Shown here: in pieces, positions 33,442 to 40,762 of the stretch
Position numbering within the stretch: position 1 is the first letter of the stretch
Layout of the letters: each line of letters opens with the position of its first letter
DNA from: a virus
Lineage: Duplodnaviria > Caudoviricetes
Strand: one strand, 5' to 3'
Length of the DNA stretch: 40,762 bases
IMG/VR virus record: IMGVR_UViG_3300022867_000001
Location: 1-40,762 of that record
Notes under the pieces: generated by a model
Databases searched by the model: none
What the model was told of the DNA's origin: nothing
Seen by the model: the letters and a program-made list of their open reading frames with translations, nothing else
Program-made: the position numbers and the translations under genes

Positions 33442-35072
33442 TATATAAACCTTTCTTTAGTCTGTTTTCTTCCAATATTATTTTCCATAAATCTTTCTAA
33501 TTCTTGGTCTAACAACTCTTCCTTGTGTTGATTGTAAGATAAGGTTTGGTCTCTATCTAACCTATCTGTCCAATATTTAGCACACATGGCTAATGCGTCT
33601 ATGGCATCATCATGTCTAAGTGAACCTTTGTCTCTAGTAAGCCTTGTCATCTGTCTAAACAACTGATGGTCTGGCTCATTCTTAAAATCTTCTTTAATTA
33701 GTAAATCATCTACGACTAACCTATGACTATTCATCAAAGGCTCTAGTGTATCAATTATACGTTTTTCTTTCTGTGTATTATGTCTAACTTCCTCAATCTC
33801 ACATGGGTGTATCTTTGCCATGATAGGTTTTAACAACTGAGTTGCCATACCATCACCAAAGTTACTCTCAATGACTACATAGTTAACATCATGCTTCTTA
33901 GCAATATTTGATAACCTAGCCATAGTTGTATCTGAGTATCCACCTTCAAGACTACCTTGTGCAGTCAGATATAGAACTCCATGAAGCATCTTTAATACTG
34001 CATAAGCTGTTTTATCTTCTCCTCTACCTGATGGGTCAATAGACATACATGTACCTTCAAACGGAGTGAACTCTTCAGACATATACATAGGAGCTACAAA
34101 GTAATCTCCTTTAAGTCCCACATTGGGAATATCTGGGTCTATAGCTTTCATTTGCTCTGGTGCTGAAGCCCATTGTATCTTTGCAGGTGCTTCTTTCCAA
34201 GTTGAACAACCTGAAGCTATTATTAAATCGTTTAATTTTAGAGGGTATCTATTTGCATCAGACAATGAAGTGTCCAACATAAATTGTAAATTAAAACCTG
34301 AACGACCATACGAAGCTAATCGTTCCATCAAATCTGTAGCATCAAATCTTTTAGGGTCTGTAGGCTCACCTTCAACACCTTTAATAATACTCGCTAACTT
34401 ATCTCCATAAGAGATTGTCTGAGTTTTATTAGGTACTAATGCTGTCCAGATTTTTGTCTTAAATCCTCTTTCACCTAATGAGTTGTACAATGACATCTCA
34501 TTCTGCGGTGTTCCTAAAAATATAGTTCTACCAATTTCAGGTTTAATAATCGCATCAAACTCTTTAACTGTCTCTGACAATCTATCTCTCATAAGCTGAG
34601 TTTGGGAGTTATTTGCACTCTCAACGTCATCTGCAATAATAATATCGGCTCTTGAACCTGTCATCTGACCAGAAATACCCATAGACTTAACTGAGGGTGC
34701 ATGACTGGCTGTAGCAGGTGCAACATCAAAGCTAATCTTTGAATGTCTTTGGTTATCTCTAGGTATTAAGTGTTGTAACATAGGCATCTCTGAGATTAAC
34801 CTTTGTGTAAACGTACTGAAGTCATCTGCTCTAGTTTTACTTGCAGATACTACTAATATGTTTCTTTGAGGGTTTAGTAGTAACTGGTGACATACGTATG
34901 CCGAAGTAATCCAAGATTTACCTACACCTCTGAATGCTTCTATTACAATTCTTTTTTCTTTTGACTGAAGAAAGTCTGCAATGTCATATTGAATGGGTGT
35001 TGGCTCTGGTAAGTTTAAATGTTTCCAACATAAAAACAAAAAGTTCTTAAAGTTATTAATTCGTTTATCCAT
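33441..35072 (-). CDS. Terminase large subunit (gp19)
   Basis: AFRGVGKS, TGSRADIIIADD, LGTPQ, IDPSGRG, HDDAIDALA. Confidence 0.97.
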   Translation of the reverse strand: MDKRINNFKNFLFLCWKHLNLPEPTPIQYDIADFLQSKEKRIVIEAFRGVGKSWITSAYVCHQLLLNPQRNILVVSASKTRADDFSTFTQRLISEMPMLQHLIPRDNQRHSKISFDVAPATASHAPSVKSMGISGQMTGSRADIIIADDVESANNSQTQLMRDRLSETVKEFDAIIKPEIGRTIFLGTPQNEMSLYNSLGERGFKTKIWTALVPNKTQTISYGDKLASIIKGVEGEPTDPKRFDATDLMERLASYGRSGFNLQFMLDTSLSDANRYPLKLNDLIIASGCSTWKEAPAKIQWASAPEQMKAIDPDIPNVGLKGDYFVAPMYMSEEFTPFEGTCMSIDPSGRGEDKTAYAVLKMLHGVLYLTAQGSLEGGYSDTTMARLSNIAKKHDVNYVVIESNFGDGMATQLLKPIMAKIHPCEIEEVRHNTQKEKRIIDTLEPLMNSHRLVVDDLLIKEDFKNEPDHQLFRQMTRLTRDKGSLRHDDAIDALAMCAKYWTDRLDRDQTLSYNQHKEELLDQELERFMENNIGRKQTKERFI

Positions 35073-35332
35073 TAGTCCTCTGGGGTATCAAAAGGTACGC
35101 TATCTAAAAGGTTAACTTCTTTTTTAGCAATAGGGTCTTTTGAATATTGTTTACATATCTCAAGACAAACTTTCATCTCTGAAGCTGTTAGTTCGTCACC
35201 AGATTTTAATTTGTTATAAGAATGAGTTACTAATAATTGAGGTAACTCTTTTATTATTGTTTCTAAATTACTTTGGTCTTCCTTGTCCGTTGTATTTTTT
35301 AAAGGTACTTCCTTTGTTTCTTGACTTGACAT
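35072..35332 (-). CDS. Terminase small subunit (gp18-like)
   Basis: Directly upstream of TerL; KLKSGDELTASEM; AAGGA SD favours start 35332. Confidence 0.65.
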   Translation of the reverse strand: MSSQETKEVPLKNTTDKEDQSNLETIIKELPQLLVTHSYNKLKSGDELTASEMKVCLEICKQYSKDPIAKKEVNLLDSVPFDTPED

Positions 35333-35389
35333 GTATTCCTTTTCTTTTTTTAGGTTTTTCTCTAGGTACATAGGATTTTGCTGTTTTCA

Positions 35390-35575
35390 TTATTTACTTA
35401 GCCTATCCATGTGATTATAAATTCTACCAATTTGTTTATCTATTGACATAATCTCTTCGCTTAACATTCCTAAATGAACCTCAAGTTCTACGATAGTCAT
35501 TAGTACCCAACTAGAAATTCCTAAAAGAATTGCACCTAATACACCAATAAGCATAGTGTTGCGTTGTCTTTTCAT
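35390..35575 (-). CDS. Small membrane-anchored coiled-coil protein
   Basis: N-terminal hydrophobic helix. Confidence 0.6.
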   Translation of the reverse strand: MKRQRNTMLIGVLGAILLGISSWVLMTIVELEVHLGMLSEEIMSIDKQIGRIYNHMDRLSK

Positions 35576-35736
35576 TTAGCAATTTTTCCTTTGTTAATAC
35601 CTTTTTTAATAACGTATTCTCTAGTTCCGTTTGCATTTACAGAAACTTCTTTTTTAAGATTTTTAAACAAAGCCATTTCTTTCTCTTTATGTTCTTTATT
35701 TTTTGTGAACTCTGTTAATTTTTTTATGTCTCTCAT
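35572..35736 (-). CDS. Small basic hypothetical protein (54 aa)
   Basis: MRDIKKLTEF...GINKGKIAK; ATGA overlap with next gene. Confidence 0.55.
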   Translation of the reverse strand: MRDIKKLTEFTKNKEHKEKEMALFKNLKKEVSVNANGTREYVIKKGINKGKIAK

Positions 35737-35851
35737 GTTTTTTAGATTTTGAATTAGGAAATTTAAACGTCCATAAGTCGTCTACAGTTTTGTTTAATTT
35801 TATAAAGATGTTGTCGATACCTCCAAAGAACCTTAATAAAAAGTTGTGCAT
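35696..35851 (-). CDS. Small hypothetical protein (51 aa)
   Basis: TAATG overlap; MHNFLLRFFGGIDNIF... Confidence 0.5.
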   Translation of the reverse strand: MHNFLLRFFGGIDNIFIKLNKTVDDLWTFKFPNSKSKKHERHKKINRVHKK

Positions 35852-36180
35852 TATTTTTTAAAGATGCTTGACACTTTAATACCAAATGATGCGGCGACTA
35901 TTGCTCCGAAGATATAAAATATCTCTGAAGGCATAGCTGATAAAACTTCAGCCCAACGCATAAATCTTTCTGTTTCACCGATTAAAGGAAGTGTTAGTAT
36001 GACTAAAAACCATATTAAAATTAGTTCGTCTTTTATTCCTGAATTTTGTATTTGTGCTACTTGTACTTCTTTACTAGCTTCTATTTCAGCAATTTGTTTA
36101 TTGCCTCTTTTTTCTAAATGTGTTGAAAGTGCTTTTGTTGTATGACTGATTAAAGTTTTACCTAATAAACTAAAAAGCAT
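35851..36180 (-). CDS. Putative holin
   Basis: KDELILIW..LPL and IVAASFG hydrophobic helices; lysis-region position. Confidence 0.6.
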   Translation of the reverse strand: MLFSLLGKTLISHTTKALSTHLEKRGNKQIAEIEASKEVQVAQIQNSGIKDELILIWFLVILTLPLIGETERFMRWAEVLSAMPSEIFYIFGAIVAASFGIKVSSIFKK

Positions 36181-36301
36181 AGCCTATTGCAAACATTAAT
36201 GCAGACCAGATAACTAAAGATAGTAATTTCTTGTCTGTATTCATGTACCATATTTTAACTTTGTTAAGGTATGTTTTAGGGTTTTCTCCAAATATTATCA
36301 T
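36170..36301 (-). CDS. Small membrane protein (43 aa)
   Basis: AGGAG SD, ATGA overlap; MIIFGENPK...LVIWSALMFAIGYAF. Confidence 0.55.
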   Translation of the reverse strand: MIIFGENPKTYLNKVKIWYMNTDKKLLSLVIWSALMFAIGYAF

Positions 36302-36525
36302 ACTTTCTCCTGTGTTAATTCTTTGCATTCAAATTTGACTGCAAGTTTTTGTTTGTTAACTAAATCTGTTCCTATATTTTCTACTGCTTGTGATGCTTTA
36401 AGGTATCCTTGTTGGATACAATCGTAATGTGTGTCAAACTCTAAAGGTATTACTTTAGGATTGTAACATTGAGGTTGCCCTGCAAATGAACACAAATGCA
36501 GTATCAACACGTATTTAAAAATCAT
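36298..36525 (-). CDS. Small Cys-containing hypothetical protein (75 aa)
   Basis: Hydrophobic N-terminus, four Cys. Confidence 0.65.
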   Translation of the reverse strand: MIFKYVLILHLCSFAGQPQCYNPKVIPLEFDTHYDCIQQGYLKASQAVENIGTDLVNKQKLAVKFECKELTQEKV

Positions 36526-36767
36526 TATCTAAAGTTGAAATAACCTATCAGTCCAACTATTAGTGTGCCTATAGTCAATATAACTCTAAGTCCCCCTTTG
36601 CCCATAGCAACATCTGTTCTTAAAGATTTAATTTCTTTTCTCATTTCTTCTATAGATTTGAGAATGTTATTCATTCGTTCAGCACAAAGTTTCTCATGGC
36701 TTGAAAGTCTAACTCCAGTTGTTTGCTCTGCATACATCTGTACTGGATTAACTTTTTTTCTAGCCAT
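36525..36767 (-). CDS. Coiled-coil protein with C-terminal transmembrane helix (80 aa)
   Basis: HEKLCAER motif, hydrophobic C-terminus. Confidence 0.65.
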   Translation of the reverse strand: MARKKVNPVQMYAEQTTGVRLSSHEKLCAERMNNILKSIEEMRKEIKSLRTDVAMGKGGLRVILTIGTLIVGLIGYFNFR

Positions 36768-37823
36768 CTATCTTGCAGTACATGGTACGTTATTAGTTCC
36801 AACTAGAGGTGCTTCGGCAAATGCCATGTAGATGTATGTTCCACCAGAACCATTTTGGTCGTTGTTGTCTTCTCTTAATTTTATCCCATTAGATAAAAAA
36901 TCTACATCATTATAAGATGTACTTGTTGCTTCAGCATCACTTACATTTGCTCTTACGTCTGCATTTATTTCATTAAATGGATTTGCTCTTTTATTATCTT
37001 GCATAATCCAATTATATGCACCACTTGAAGATTTATACATAACAAAAGCAGGTTTAAATCCTGTATAAATAAATGTACCATCAACATTTCCATTACCTGT
37101 GTATGAACCAAATTTTGAATAGCCTTGAACATCTGCGAAGCAGTAAGCTATGTAAGTACTACCACTGGTATTTGTTGCACCTGAATTTCCTAAACTAAAT
37201 ACAGATGTTGTAGGCTCTGTATTATTCCATCTACTAGATGAAGCTGAAGAAGCTCCAGTAGTATCTAAAGCCATTCTTTTTGTTGCACCTAAAGTTTTGT
37301 GATAAACTTCCCATTGTTCTCCTGCAGTTCTTCTTTTAACAATAATCATAGATGGTGTTACACCTAAACCATGACCAACTGTAGCACCACTTGTAGAATT
37401 TCCAGAGTAACTAATTATAGAAAACCCAGCATCTGTATTTATACTTCCTGTACTATCAATAGTTCCTATTCCAGTTGCACTAGCATCATTTGTAAAAGAA
37501 GTTCCAGCTTTCCAGTTCCAAGAGGCTCTTGTTTCTCCATTAGCATTAACACCTGTATTAGAGCCAACTGAAAATCCATCACTTTCAAATGCAGTTAAAG
37601 TATCTGTATTTGTGTATTCTGCTGTAGTTGCGTTTGAATTTAAAACTTTCGTAACCCCTCTAATAGAATCAAATAAAGCATGACTTAAACCATCACTTCT
37701 ACTTTTAATCCATGTAAAATCTGGTTGAAAATCTAAGCCAGTAATTGATTGTGTAGAACCAGTACCAGTATAAAGTTTAGTATTAAAGTGTTCTGTAGAT
37801 TTATTAATTCCTGTGTATGCCAT
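36768..37823 (-). CDS. Tail/receptor-associated beta-rich virion protein
   Basis: Three repeats of YTGxG...PxFxxxK (FQPDFTWIK, VTPSMIIVK, FKPAFVMYK); Ser/Thr/Gly-rich. Confidence 0.6.
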   Translation of the reverse strand: MAYTGINKSTEHFNTKLYTGTGSTQSITGLDFQPDFTWIKSRSDGLSHALFDSIRGVTKVLNSNATTAEYTNTDTLTAFESDGFSVGSNTGVNANGETRASWNWKAGTSFTNDASATGIGTIDSTGSINTDAGFSIISYSGNSTSGATVGHGLGVTPSMIIVKRRTAGEQWEVYHKTLGATKRMALDTTGASSASSSRWNNTEPTTSVFSLGNSGATNTSGSTYIAYCFADVQGYSKFGSYTGNGNVDGTFIYTGFKPAFVMYKSSSGAYNWIMQDNKRANPFNEINADVRANVSDAEATSTSYNDVDFLSNGIKLREDNNDQNGSGGTYIYMAFAEAPLVGTNNVPCTAR

Positions 37824-39151
37824 TATAAGTTTAATCCTTTTGTTGATAGAGCTGTGTAACCAGTTGGTACGTCATACTCAAATTTACCTATTCCTGATGC
37901 GTTTGAACCTTCTGAAGAAATTGCTGTTGTTCCGAAGTAGCCATTGCCGTAATTTGCACTAACTACTGATGTTCCAGTTGAATAAAGACCTGCACCCATA
38001 TAATAAGTTCCAGCGTTTATTGAAAATCCACCTGTACCTGATGATGGATTTGCTGAATTTTGCCATGTTCCATTTTTAGAAATATAAAGTTTATTATTAT
38101 CTAAATCTAAACCTACACCTATAATATCTCCAACTGTAAAAGAAGTTCCATAACTTCCTGCATGACCAGAACCAGTTATTCCACCAGTTTCATTTTCATA
38201 AAAATATGAAGTACTTATATCTTGTATACTTGTTGATGAAGTAGCAAGTGCAATTCCATCTACTTCTGTTATTCCCATTCTACAATATTTTGTACCAGCA
38301 GTATCTGAAACCCATTTAAATTCATTATAATATTTTCCACTTGAAGGTGCTATAGTTGAAAATGAATCTACCCAACTTGAACCAGATTTAGTAAAAGTAT
38401 TATTACCATTAGAAAAAGTTGGTGAACCTGTTGTTATTAAAGGAGTTCCTGTAGCAAAGACATTGCTTGGAGAATCTTCAGTATTAGTTAAAGTTCCACC
38501 ACCAAGAGTAAAGTCATTACTGTTAGCTGATTGGTCTGTAATTGTATTTCCATCTTTTAAAATTGTGAAACCATTAGTTCCCATTGTAAGAGTTGGAGCA
38601 GTATTAATTTTCCATTCACCAGTTGTTGCATCTGTAGAACCAAATGCTGATGCGTCATAAGCTGTTCCATCTACAAAGTGAACATGAGACATTGAGCCAT
38701 CAAAATAACCACTATATGAACTTCCATTATAATAACTACCTACAACCTGACCATTTGAGGAACTTGTATTAAATAAACTTAAAGTAGCATTTAGACTTGG
38801 TTGTGTATTTGTTTGTAGGGAAGTTTCTTGTACTCCATTAACATATAATTTTATTCTATCTGTTGATGTACTTTGTGTTGTGTCCATTGACCAAACTATA
38901 TGATACCAAGCTGAAGTATCTCTAAATAATCTATTAGTTTGAATACCTACTGTACCTGCATCATCCATAGCACATCTTAGTTTATCACTACTTGTAAAAT
39001 CAATATAGCCAAACAAAGTAGAAGATATATTATTAGTAAAAATTCTTAAATTACTAGAACCTAAAGCACTTCTTTTAATCCAAAAAGAAATTGTACCTTT
39101 TTGAGCATTAGTTGGTGTTCCTGATGTTCTTGTTAAATATGTTGTAGCCAT
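37823..39151 (-). CDS. Concanavalin-A/LamG-like plus SPRY-like domain virion protein (putative receptor binding)
   Basis: TISFWIKR, AWYHIV, KLYVNG; GKYYNE, GDIIGVGLDLDNNKLY. Confidence 0.7.
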   Translation of the reverse strand: MATTYLTRTSGTPTNAQKGTISFWIKRSALGSSNLRIFTNNISSTLFGYIDFTSSDKLRCAMDDAGTVGIQTNRLFRDTSAWYHIVWSMDTTQSTSTDRIKLYVNGVQETSLQTNTQPSLNATLSLFNTSSSNGQVVGSYYNGSSYSGYFDGSMSHVHFVDGTAYDASAFGSTDATTGEWKINTAPTLTMGTNGFTILKDGNTITDQSANSNDFTLGGGTLTNTEDSPSNVFATGTPLITTGSPTFSNGNNTFTKSGSSWVDSFSTIAPSSGKYYNEFKWVSDTAGTKYCRMGITEVDGIALATSSTSIQDISTSYFYENETGGITGSGHAGSYGTSFTVGDIIGVGLDLDNNKLYISKNGTWQNSANPSSGTGGFSINAGTYYMGAGLYSTGTSVVSANYGNGYFGTTAISSEGSNASGIGKFEYDVPTGYTALSTKGLNL

Positions 39152-40762
39152 TAGTTAAATTGTCCCCCACCTGTTGCACCGAATGTTGATGATATAGAGA
39201 AACTTCTATCGGCAGTTTGTGCTTCAGCATCTGTTGCTCTAATTGTAAAATTGTATGTTGTAGGTGTAGTTGAACTTCCACCAAAGTCTGATGTTGTTAA
39301 TGCACCTGAAGATGTATTTAAAGATACACCTGCTGTAGTTAAATTTGATGTTGTTTCAGAATAAGCCACTGTGCTATCTGAAGAAGCTGAAAGTGTCATT
39401 AGAGTTCCACTAAAGTTACCTGCATATGAACCCACAGAACCAGAGGCAGTTGACCATGTTGGTGCATCTGAAACTGTTAAAGATGCTGTAGCAGTTCTTA
39501 CTGCATTACCATCTGGATTTTCTACTCTAACAAAGTAAGTACCATCTGTACCTAAAGTTACATTAATAGTTAATTGAATATTGCTATTTCTAACAACTGA
39601 ATTTGGATATGTGATTGCACCAGTTGAAGCTATAAGTTCAACATTAGGTGTAGCTTCAAAGTTTGTTCCTGCAATAACAATAGTAGTCGCATCATTAGGA
39701 ATAGTAGAAGGTGTCAATGAACTGATTGTTGGTTTAGTTTCTCCAACTGTAACAGAACCACCTAAAGATACTGCTGAACCATTAATTGTAATTGCACCTG
39801 TTCCAACTAAAGCTGAATTAGGAATTGAAGTTAATGATGCACCACTCCCAGAAAAAGTAGTACCAGTTAACGTACCAGTAATATTAATAGCACCTGTTCC
39901 AGTTATATTGTTTGAGTTTAAATCTAAATTACCACCTAATTGTGGAGTTGTATCTTCAACAACATTTGCAATACCTGGAGATATAGATGTCCAAGCTGAA
40001 CCATTATAAAATTTTAAATTATTATCTGTTGTGTTAAATGCTAAATCTCCTTCGTCTAAAGATGTTGAAGGGTCACTTACTGCAATTCTATATCTATCTG
40101 CAAAAGAATTAACTCCTGCAATATTGTCTGCAACTGTATTTACATTATCTACTGCTGTAGCTACTGTGCTTATATCTGCATCAGCACCTGCTACTGTTGT
40201 AATATTTGTATCGTTCCCTGCTACAGTATTAATGTTAGTTGCATTAGTATTAACTGCATTTATATTTGTTGAATTAGAATTTACTGCACTAACAGCACTT
40301 GAAATACCTGCAACTGTAGTTACATCACTAGAAATTCCTGCAACTGTAGTTACATCTGTGTCTATACCTGCTACTGTGTTTATGTTAGCTGAATTAGTAT
40401 TAACAGCATTTATGTTTGTGCTGTTTGAATTTACATTAGTTACAGCAGTTGAAATACCTGCTACCGAAGTTACATCAGCACTAATTCCTGCAACTGTAGT
40501 AACATTGGCATCTATACCTGCTACTGTATTTACGTTAGCTATGTTTGTACCTACTGTATCTACATTAGCTATACTATTTGATACTGTATCTATCTCTGAC
40601 GTTGCTTCATTTAAATCATCTGCAACAGTTTCTATTTCACTAACTGCTTCAGCTAAATCATTAGCTACAGCAATTACTTTTGTAATATCTGCGGCAACTG
40701 TATTTACTGAACCTATGTTAGTAGCAACTAAACCTATATCTGTAGCATCATTTGCAACTGAA
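39151..40762 (-). CDS. Tail fibre protein, 3' part (continuation of 1-562)
   Basis: No in-frame stop from 40713 to 39154; 10-residue VTTVAGISxD repeats, then Ig-like segments. Confidence 0.88.
   Translation of the reverse strand, partial: SVANDATDIGLVATNIGSVNTVAADITKVIAVANDLAEAVSEIETVADDLNEATSEIDTVSNSIANVDTVGTNIANVNTVAGIDANVTTVAGISADVTSVAGISTAVTNVNSNSTNINAVNTNSANINTVAGIDTDVTTVAGISSDVTTVAGISSAVSAVNSNSTNINAVNTNATNINTVAGNDTNITTVAGADADISTVATAVDNVNTVADNIAGVNSFADRYRIAVSDPSTSLDEGDLAFNTTDNNLKFYNGSAWTSISPGIANVVEDTTPQLGGNLDLNSNNITGTGAINITGTLTGTTFSGSGASLTSIPNSALVGTGAITINGSAVSLGGSVTVGETKPTISSLTPSTIPNDATTIVIAGTNFEATPNVELIASTGAITYPNSVVRNSNIQLTINVTLGTDGTYFVRVENPDGNAVRTATASLTVSDAPTWSTASGSVGSYAGNFSGTLMTLSASSDSTVAYSETTSNLTTAGVSLNTSSGALTTSDFGGSSTTPTTYNFTIRATDAEAQTADRSFSISSTFGATGGGQFN

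Noticed and set aside
1089-40009. Plus-strand ORFs in the ORF track
   Set aside because: Antisense shadows of well-supported minus-strand genes
40716-40762. 47-bp end duplication as the biological terminal repeat
   Set aside because: Falls inside the tail-fibre coding sequence; consistent with assembly overlap

Overview
Apparently complete, circularly assembled genome of an AT-rich T7-like podovirus (Autographiviridae). Bases 1-47 repeat as 40716-40762, giving a 40,715-bp unit, and the tail-fibre gene runs across the junction. Gene content suggests a temperate HTVC019P-type pelagiphage (SAR11 host is an inference). Nearly all genes are on the minus strand: early small ORFs with ArdA; winged-helix regulator, tyrosine integrase, attP, single-subunit RNAP; replication genes with a DNA methyltransferase and NrdAB; gp8-gp17 structural genes; receptor/lysis genes, terminase, lysozyme. 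Main non-obvious signal: two intact hammerhead ribozymes, type III at 31800-31857 and type I at 29499-29559, both on the sense strand. They bracket the early operon, which is further punctuated by two families of repeated RNA hairpins. Second: an attP core mimicking a tRNA-Cys anticodon arm, plus a phage tRNA-Cys whose anticodon stem differs from that core by a compensatory pair. A 17-bp phage promoter (5 copies, two classes) and apparent GATC/GCWGC avoidance are also visible. All calls come from reading the sequence; no searches were run.
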